NCBI GenBank assembly: GCA_037969075.1
Contig: JBBKWS010000183.1
Span: 1-12,980, forward strand
Direction: 5' to 3'
DNA length: 12,980 bases
Source: Bdellovibrionales bacterium
GTDB lineage: Bacteria > Bdellovibrionota > Bdellovibrionia > Bdellovibrionales > UBA840
Position 1 is the stretch's first letter. Each line of letters begins with the position of its first letter. This document shows, one piece after another, positions 7,502-12,980 of this stretch. Made by a program: the position numbers and the translations under genes. The notes below the pieces were generated by a model that searched no databases, was not told the DNA's origin, and saw only the letters and a list, made by a program, of their open reading frames with translations.

Positions 7502-8058
7502 TATACAGTCATAATCTCTTTTTCTTTGTCCTCACCGACCTTATCCACTTTGGATATAAAATCATCGGTAACCTTTTGGATAGATTCAGATAATTTTTTA
7601 AACTCATCCTCAGACAATGTTTTTTCTTTTAAAGATTTTTTTAGCTCTTCATTTGCATCTCGGCGTTTCATGCGAATGGAAACTCTGGCTTCTTCGATAA
7701 TTTTCTTTGCGTGCTTTACTAGTTCTTTACGTCTTTCTTCGGTTAACTCAGGAAGACGCATGCGAATTACTTTCCCATCATTCATCGGCGCCATGCCTAG
7801 ATTACTTTTAACAATAGCAGCTTCAATTTCTTTTAATACAGACGACTCCCACGGGGAGATTAAAAAAGACCTGGCGTCGGGGCAACTTATAGCTGCCACC
7901 TGACTAATCGGTGATTGATTTCCATAATAATCAACACGAATAGCATCTAGCATTTGTACATTCGCGCGACCTGTTCTGATTTTAGACAATTCGTTTGATA
8001 ATGCTTCTAGAGATTTTTGCATTTCAGCTTCAACAGTTTTTTGAACAGCCACTGACAT
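7501..8058 (-). CDS. frr: Ribosome recycling factor (185 aa)
   Basis: IRTGRAN, VDYYG, NDGKVIR..PELTEERRKELVK and KEKEIMTV. Start reassigned to ATG 8058, with SD AAGGAG at 8065-8070. Confidence 0.97.
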   Translation of the reverse strand: MSVAVQKTVEAEMQKSLEALSNELSKIRTGRANVQMLDAIRVDYYGNQSPISQVAAISCPDARSFLISPWESSVLKEIEAAIVKSNLGMAPMNDGKVIRMRLPELTEERRKELVKHAKKIIEEARVSIRMKRRDANEELKKSLKEKTLSEDEFKKLSESIQKVTDDFISKVDKVGEDKEKEIMTV

Positions 8059-8059
8059 A

Positions 8060-8779
8060 TCAGTCTCCTTTAATGATTGTACCGATCTTTTCACCTTTAA
8101 CAGCTTTTAGGATATTTCCTTCGCCATTTAAGTTGAACGTTAAAATAGGAAGGTTGTTTTCCATACATAGAGTTATGGCGGTACTATCCATAACCTTTAA
8201 TTGTTTTTGGATGGCCTCAAGGTGAGATAAAGTTTCAAATTTAATTGCGTCTTTGTGTTGCATTGGATCTTTATCATAAACGCCATCGACTTTGGTTGCC
8301 TTCATAATTACGTCAGCTCCAATTTCAATAGCCCTTAATGCTGCCGCCGTATCGGTAGTAAAAAATGGATTTCCTGTTCCGGCTCCAAAAATCACTACAC
8401 GGTTTTTCTCAAGATGGCGGATTGCACGCCTACGAATATATGGCTCAGCAATTTCTGACATATCAATAGCGCTCTGCACTCGTGTTTTTACATCTAGTTT
8501 TTCAAGAGCATCCTGAAGGGCTAAAGCATTTATACAAGTAGCCAGCATTCCCATGTAATCAGAGCTAGCGCGATCCATGCCTTGTGCAGATGCGGCAACA
8601 CCTCTAAAGATGTTACCCCCACCAATCACAATACCAATTTGCACGCCAGTTTCTAAGGCTTGAGCAACCTGCCGGGCGATACCTTGGATAGTCTCAGCGT
8701 CGATGCCATAGCCTTTGTCTCCAGCTAAAGCCTCGCCGCTCAATTTTAGCACTATGCGTTCATAGATGCGTTTCGCCAA
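8060..8779 (-). CDS. pyrH: UMP kinase
   Basis: [41 protein letters not shown] and KVMDSTA. TTG start with SD (TAA)GGAG adjoining the tsf stop. Confidence 0.97.
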   Translation of the reverse strand: MAKRIYERIVLKLSGEALAGDKGYGIDAETIQGIARQVAQALETGVQIGIVIGGGNIFRGVAASAQGMDRASSDYMGMLATCINALALQDALEKLDVKTRVQSAIDMSEIAEPYIRRRAIRHLEKNRVVIFGAGTGNPFFTTDTAAALRAIEIGADVIMKATKVDGVYDKDPMQHKDAIKFETLSHLEAIQKQLKVMDSTAITLCMENNLPILTFNLNGEGNILKAVKGEKIGTIIKGD

Positions 8780-8790
8780 GATGCAACTCC

Positions 8791-9444
8791 TTACTGTACG
8801 TTAGATGCAGCCGCTACTTCTGCAGCAAAATCAGAACTACGCTTCTCTAGACCTTCACCCAGTTCAAATCTAGAAAACCTACGAATTACAATGTTTTCGC
8901 CGATAGAAGCAATGGTAGTTTTTAGGTAATCACCAATAGTAACATCTGGATTTTTAACAAACTGTTGCTCAATAAGAACTTTTTCAGATAGCCACTTTTT
9001 AATTTGGCCTTCAATGATCTTTTCTAAAAACTCTGGTTTTTTACCCTCTTCAATGGCTTTTGCTTTCAATAAGCTGCGCTCTTTTTCAACTAAGCTTGGA
9101 TCAACTTCTTCTGCTTTTACACAAAGCGGAGAGGTTGCAGCAATGTGCATGGCGATGTCTTTACAGAACTCTTGAAATTTTTCATTACGAGCAACGAAAT
9201 CTGTTTCAGAGTTAATTTCAACAAGTACGCCAATTTTTCCGGCGCCATGAATGTATGAAGAAACCATTCCTTCGGCAGCTGCGCGTCCAGCTTTTTTCTC
9301 AGCCTTTGCGATGCCTTTGGTACGAAGCCATTCGATGGCCTTTTCAAAGTTACCATTTGTTTCGGCAAGTGCTTTTTTGCAATCCATAAAACCAGCACCA
9401 GTTTTATCTCTTAATTCTTTTACAACGTTTGCGTCGATAGACAT
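8791..9444 (-). CDS. tsf: Elongation factor Ts, short (217 aa) form
   Basis: [31 protein letters not shown] and [24 protein letters not shown] upstream. Confidence 0.97.
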   Translation of the reverse strand: MSIDANVVKELRDKTGAGFMDCKKALAETNGNFEKAIEWLRTKGIAKAEKKAGRAAAEGMVSSYIHGAGKIGVLVEINSETDFVARNEKFQEFCKDIAMHIAATSPLCVKAEEVDPSLVEKERSLLKAKAIEEGKKPEFLEKIIEGQIKKWLSEKVLIEQQFVKNPDVTIGDYLKTTIASIGENIVIRRFSRFELGEGLEKRSSDFAAEVAAASNVQ

Positions 9445-9488
9445 AGGAACTCCTAAAAAACTAAATGTTAAAAGTGTAAATGGGCTTT

Positions 9489-9518
9489 AAAAAAACAAGA
9501 GAGATTAACTCTCTTGTT
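9489..9518 (-). terminator. Intrinsic terminator/attenuator overlapping the rpsB stop codon
   Basis: Minus strand AACAAGAGAG-TTAAT-CTCTCTTGTT-TTTTT: a 10-bp perfect stem (9518-9509 / 9503-9494) followed by a U run. The TAA stop is in the loop. Confidence 0.7.
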
Positions 9519-10413
9519 CTTCTGTATCAGCAGTAGGCTCGTCAGTAATACCTTGTTCTACTTCAATGCTGATTTCAACATCTTCAGCAGTTCCGGCAGC
9601 CACTAGGCGACGAGTAGCTGTTGCCACTTTTGTCTTAATAACTTCAACTTTTTTAGCTTCTGGCTTTTTAGGGCTAGAGTCTTTTGGTGTATCAGAACCT
9701 TTGTCAGTTTGAGAACGTAATTTTTGCTCGTGAACTTTAGCGCCTTCAAGATAAGCTTCAGCCATCAAGTTAGAGAAAAGTTGGATCGAACGAATCGCAT
9801 CGTCATTTCCTGGAATTGGAAAATCGATCATAGACGGATCTGAATTTGTATCAGCAATTCCAACTACAGGAATTCCCAAAGTCTTGGCTTCAGCTACGGC
9901 AATTTTTTCTTTAATTAAATCTACAACAAACATCACGCTCGGCTGACCGCGAAGATCTTTGATACCCTCTAAGTAATCCACAAGTCGTGTGAATTCTTTA
10001 TCCATTTTAGATTGTTCTTTTTTAGAAAAAAGAGTCCATTCGCCTTCGGCTTTCATGCGCTCTAATTTTTTAAGACGATCAATAGATGCTTTGATAGTTT
10101 GAAAGTTAGTTAACATTCCACCAAGCCAACGCTTAGTTACGAAATATTGACCACACTTTTTTGCAGCTTCTTGAACCGGCTCAACGGCTTGTTGTTTTGT
10201 ACCAACAAAAATCATTTTTCCGCCTTGAGCAGCAACATCTCTTACTGCTTCAACTGCGCGCTGTGCGCCGGCTACTGATTTTTGAAGATCAATGATATGA
10301 ATCCCACCGCGCTCACCAAAAACGAAATTCTTCATCTTTGGATTCCAACGATGTATCTGATGTCCAAAGTGAACACCCGCATCTAACATTTCTTTCATAG
10401 TAATATTTGGCAT
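9505..10413 (-). CDS. rpsB: 30S ribosomal protein S2 (302 aa) with a long C-terminal extension
   Basis: [27 protein letters not shown] and [10 protein letters not shown]. Start reassigned to ATG 10413, with SD GGAGGA at 10417-10422. Confidence 0.98.
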   Translation of the reverse strand: MPNITMKEMLDAGVHFGHQIHRWNPKMKNFVFGERGGIHIIDLQKSVAGAQRAVEAVRDVAAQGGKMIFVGTKQQAVEPVQEAAKKCGQYFVTKRWLGGMLTNFQTIKASIDRLKKLERMKAEGEWTLFSKKEQSKMDKEFTRLVDYLEGIKDLRGQPSVMFVVDLIKEKIAVAEAKTLGIPVVGIADTNSDPSMIDFPIPGNDDAIRSIQLFSNLMAEAYLEGAKVHEQKLRSQTDKGSDTPKDSSPKKPEAKKVEVIKTKVATATRRLVAAGTAEDVEISIEVEQGITDEPTADTEEQES

Positions 10414-10423
10414 ATTTCCTCCA

Positions 10424-10484
10424 TTCTGGTTAGGCCTCGTCTTCGACATTGGATACACACCAGTGGAGTGCCGAAGACTGTGAA
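10424..10484 (-). promoter_or_regulatory. S2 autoregulatory mRNA leader (t44/rpsB leader-like)
   Basis: Minus strand CACA-GTCTTCGGCA-loop-TGTCGAAGAC-GAGGCCTAACCAG. A 10-bp stem with one G-U (10478-10469 / 10448-10439). Loop CTGGT is complementary to downstream ACCAG. GAGGCCTAACC resembles the t44 3' motif. Lies immediately 5' of rpsB. Confidence 0.75.
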
Positions 10485-10650
10485 TTACTAAAACACTAAT
10501 AAATTAGTAGGGGATAAGTAACATAGGGTGGTTTAAAATGGCAGCCCGAAGTGTTGGGAGAAGGGTTTAGTGCGTGGCGTCAATAAGGGAGTGTCCGGCT
10601 CCGCTTCTGGGTCCCAGTGCGCAAAAGGTCTTTTAAACACATTTTTTATA

Positions 10651-11232
10651 TTATCGGTGATACCCAAGTGTGACGGGCTTGGCGCCAGTCACATATTCGT
10701 ACTGCCTCAAGAAGTCTTTATATTCCTCAGTCTTTGCGTACTCAGTTAGATGCGCGCTAGCAAGCTGGCGCTGCTCTTCGGTAAGAGGCTGAAACATGAT
10801 GCTCTCTTGGATGATAAATTCAAAGTCCAAAGGGGTTCCTATACCTCTATATAATGCCAGTTCATTTTGAATGTCCTGTAGTTCTTCGGGGCTAAGGGAT
10901 TTTGGGTCTCTTCGCTCCCAAGCCTTTGCCCACAAATGAACTCCAAATGTTCTAACAGCTTTATAGTACAACTCTGAACTATCATTACCGCCGGAAATAT
11001 TCATACAATTATAAAGTCTTCTGTCAGCGAACTTTCTGTCCTCGAACGTGCCACCCACCCAATAGGAAATGTCATGTTCAACGCAGCAGTGTCTCCAGCT
11101 TCCATCGATGGAAGCGGTGCAACCATCTGTCTTAACAGGTCTTATGATTTGTGGTGGCGCGGCCAGCGTTGAGGTACTAAAAAATCCAATAAATAAAAAA
11201 CATAATGTTTTAAGTAAAGTGCGTCTATCCAT
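10651..11232 (-). CDS. Exported phospholipase A2-like protein (His-Asp motif) with a twin-arginine signal peptide
   Basis: MDRRTLLK, a hydrophobic core and TLA-A cleavage site. TDGC...WRHCCVEHDISY...RKFADRRLYNCM matches the sPLA2-type CCxxHDxxY plus downstream AD..L..C pattern. GGGGGA SD upstream. Confidence 0.75.
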   Translation of the reverse strand: MDRRTLLKTLCFLFIGFFSTSTLAAPPQIIRPVKTDGCTASIDGSWRHCCVEHDISYWVGGTFEDRKFADRRLYNCMNISGGNDSSELYYKAVRTFGVHLWAKAWERRDPKSLSPEELQDIQNELALYRGIGTPLDFEFIIQESIMFQPLTEEQRQLASAHLTEYAKTEEYKDFLRQYEYVTGAKPVTLGYHR

Positions 11233-11384
11233 GCGAACTTCCCCCCGAGACCAATAATGATATCTATAAAGATAGATTGTTCCACTAAATGATGTAGAGG
11301 AGGCTGAGCGTTAACTAGGAGGTTTAAGGTGGGAAGGATTTGGTAATAGATGAGAGAAAAATAAAACTTAAATCTTCTTAAATT

Positions 11385-11412
11385 AACAAAGGGACCATTT
11401 GGTCCCTTTGTT
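11385..11412. terminator. Strong, potentially bidirectional intrinsic terminator
   Basis: AACAAAGGGACC-ATTT-GGTCCCTTTGTT is a perfect inverted repeat 11 nt after the stop of the 387-aa gene, U-rich on both exits. Confidence 0.85.
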
Positions 11413-11423
11413 GTTGATCGAAA

Positions 11424-12587
11424 TTATTTTTGATTTTTGATCGGTTGTTTTTTAGGTTTAACAACTCTTTTGGCTTTGATCTGAGCCAATTGCACTTTCA
11501 TTTTTTCTAAGAGAGCCTTCACTTTAACTGTGGCCTGCTTCCCTTTAGCTTGTACACGCGAAGCCTTCTTCTTTTGTAAGGCTATCGCAGCTTTTGCGGG
11601 TGCTGCAGCTTTTACTTTCGCGGTTGCTTGTGACATTCGAACCTGCTTCTTTTCTTTTTTAGGAAGCACTTTTTTTGCGGCACCGTATGCACCATCACAC
11701 CAGTATGACCCGTCATCATAACCATCGTCGTAGCCATCATCATACCCATCATAGTATCCATAAAAATAACCATCTTCGTATCCGTCATCGTAACCATCAT
11801 CATAAGCGTCATCGATTTCGTCTTCTAGATAATTAATTTCATCTTCTAGATCATCAACGTAATCTTCTAAATCATCAATATAGTCATAGGCATCGTCTAA
11901 ATCATCTTCGCAGGCATTGTAATCAGAGACTAAGCCGTTATAATTAATTACTAAAGTATCATAAAGACGGCCAAGACGTGTGTAGTCTACGAGTAGTTCT
12001 TGATACTCTTCATCACTTACGCCCACAAATGTTTCAAGAGGTGTGGAGCATAAGTCTACGCCTAGTAGTGAAATAATAGGAGTTAGACGTCGTACTGTCA
12101 TTTGCCCGCTATCAAGCGAGTTAATGCCATTTAACAGGTTGGCGTCAGGGTTGAATGTCCAAGATAAGTCGATCGTATGACAATCAACTAGCAAGGCATC
12201 CATTGTTCCAACAGCTCGATTGCCAGCATTTACTTGCGGCTCATTAAAACGCATGTAAGCGTTGGCTTCATATATCGTTAGGTTGGCCTCATATCCTGTC
12301 ATTGTTCCAAGAGCAACAAACCAAACTTTTTCTGTGCCGGCAGGATTATAAGTGTACCAATATATTCCTACATTATTGGTTCCATCAGAGGATTTAAAAT
12401 ATTCTATGTTAAAGCCTTGCCCAGAGAGAGTGCGCCCCTGACTGTCGACTTCTGGCTTGTAAAATGAGCCAGCAAATCCATAGCCAGCGTTGTCTACACT
12501 TGCAGGTAAGGGGTTTTGTGCATATAGCTGTGTGCTAATAAGTAACGTAAATGCCGTGCCTAATGCACGCGTATATAAACTTCTCAA
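11424..12587 (-). CDS. Secreted hypothetical protein: signal peptide, beta-rich domain, acidic coiled coil, (YDDG)x8, Lys/Ala-rich tail
   Basis: TTG start with AGGAGG SD at 12592-12597. Sec-type signal ending LYA-Q. 387 codons open, followed by its own terminator. Function unknown. Confidence 0.85.
   Translation of the reverse strand: MRSLYTRALGTAFTLLISTQLYAQNPLPASVDNAGYGFAGSFYKPEVDSQGRTLSGQGFNIEYFKSSDGTNNVGIYWYTYNPAGTEKVWFVALGTMTGYEANLTIYEANAYMRFNEPQVNAGNRAVGTMDALLVDCHTIDLSWTFNPDANLLNGINSLDSGQMTVRRLTPIISLLGVDLCSTPLETFVGVSDEEYQELLVDYTRLGRLYDTLVINYNGLVSDYNACEDDLDDAYDYIDDLEDYVDDLEDEINYLEDEIDDAYDDGYDDGYEDGYFYGYYDGYDDGYDDGYDDGSYWCDGAYGAAKKVLPKKEKKQVRMSQATAKVKAAAPAKAAIALQKKKASRVQAKGKQATVKVKALLEKMKVQLAQIKAKRVVKPKKQPIKNQK
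11709..11804 (-). repeat. Eight degenerate 12-bp coding repeats: YDDG YDDG YEDG YFYG YYDG YDDG YDDG YDDG
   Basis: Seen in both the translation and the DNA (TAYGAYGAYGGN). Third positions vary between copies. Confidence 0.9.
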
Positions 12588-12714
12588 GTTTCCTCCTAAA
12601 TTAATTCCCAGTAGGTCGAACTAACATCTGCTCGATAAAATGCAATAGGCTGGAGTGAGATAGAGTTTTTTATAGGGTCAAAGTGAAATTAGGTAATGAG
12701 TACAGCTGGTAACA

Positions 12715-12732
12715 CCTTGCCGGAGCGCAAGG
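12715..12732 (-). terminator. GC hairpin after the upstream gene (weak terminator or RNA stabiliser)
   Basis: CCTTGC-gctccg-GCAAGG, a 6-bp stem about 26 nt after the stop at 12759. Only a poor U-tract follows (TGTT). Confidence 0.35.
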
Positions 12733-12758
12733 CGATCATATACGTAGAATGAATTCAA

Positions 12759-12980
12759 TTAGTCTTTTATTACCGCGGGTTGTTCAAATGCAAAGACCTC
12801 TTCTATGGACTGCAGGCACTTTTTAGCTTGTAGAAACTTTCCATCTTGCCCCACTTGATCGCTCCACTGGCCCGAGGCCATGAATGCATTGCCAAGATTA
12901 CCAAGGGTCTGATTGCTATTTAACTCAATCGTTATTTTTGCATCAGAGAATGGGACGACTTTAATTTTTTCAAAAACTAA
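12759..12980 (-). CDS. Partial hypothetical protein (3' end; enters from the right edge)
   Basis: Not in the ORF track; translated by hand. 73 open codons from the edge to TAA at 12761-12759: LVFEKIKVVPFSDAKITIELNSNQTLGNLGNAFMASGQWSDQVGQDGKFLQAKKCLQSIEEVFAFEQPAVIKD. Confidence 0.65.
   Translation of the reverse strand, partial: LVFEKIKVVPFSDAKITIELNSNQTLGNLGNAFMASGQWSDQVGQDGKFLQAKKCLQSIEEVFAFEQPAVIKD

Noticed and set aside
9444..9455. TAGGA-GT-TCCTA inverted repeat over the tsf SD
   Set aside because: A 2-nt loop and short stem are too weak to call an SD-sequestering hairpin.
3023..9490. Plus-strand ORFs at 3023, 4298, 4571, 4850, 5438, 6038 (201 aa), 7526, 7995, 8292 and 9251
   Set aside because: All are antisense shadows of well-conserved genes, with no motifs or supporting signals.
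10414..10458. ORF-track N-terminal extensions of rpsB (also frr 8094, cdsA 6816, J/HTH 2615)
   Set aside because: Downstream starts fit SD position, family length and gene packing better. The rpsB extension runs through the RNA leader.
10495..10508. ACTAAT-AA-ATTAGT palindrome upstream of the S2 leader, and the rpsB promoter
   Set aside because: Short and AT-rich, and no convincing -35/-10 pair could be assigned by eye.
11069..11257. 62-aa plus-strand ORF as a possible immunity or antitoxin gene
   Set aside because: Antisense to the PLA2-like gene's signal and catalytic region, with no supporting features.
11530..11812. Met-rich 66-aa ORF (11612-11812) and plus-strand ORF 11530-11721
   Set aside because: Frame-shifted or antisense by-products of the GAT GAT GGT (YDDG) repeat and the Lys/Ala tail.
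11709..11900. Repetitive DNA as a possible CRISPR array or VNTR
   Set aside because: These are degenerate 12- and 21-nt in-frame coding periodicities with no spacers and no cas genes.

Overview
A gene-dense, AT-rich bacterial chromosomal window in which every credible gene is on the minus strand. Read in transcription order (right to left), it contains: the 3' end of an unknown gene; a secreted 387-aa protein with a beta-rich head, coiled coil, (YDDG)n repeat and poly-Lys tail, followed by a strong terminator; a Tat-signal phospholipase A2-like protein; an S2 autoregulatory leader (t44-like); the cluster rpsB-tsf-pyrH-frr-uppS-cdsA; an internal promoter at the position where dxr often lies; a tightly coupled block of rseP (3 PDZ), tsaB, an FlhG/MinD-like ATPase, a J-like plus RodZ-type HTH protein, rluD and pgeF; and the 5' end of an unknown membrane-anchored or exported protein. 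Gene order and protein style suggest a Bdellovibrionota or deltaproteobacteria-like organism (inference). The best candidates for an undescribed system are (1) the orphan FlhG/MinD-like ATPase paired with an HPD-less J-domain/HTH protein, a possible positioning or cell-shape module, and (2) the charge-segregated secreted protein next to the Tat PLA2-like gene. Notable regulatory signals are a terminator hairpin whose loop contains the rpsB stop codon and an apparently leaderless rseP promoter. No tRNA, rRNA, CRISPR array or mobile element was seen.
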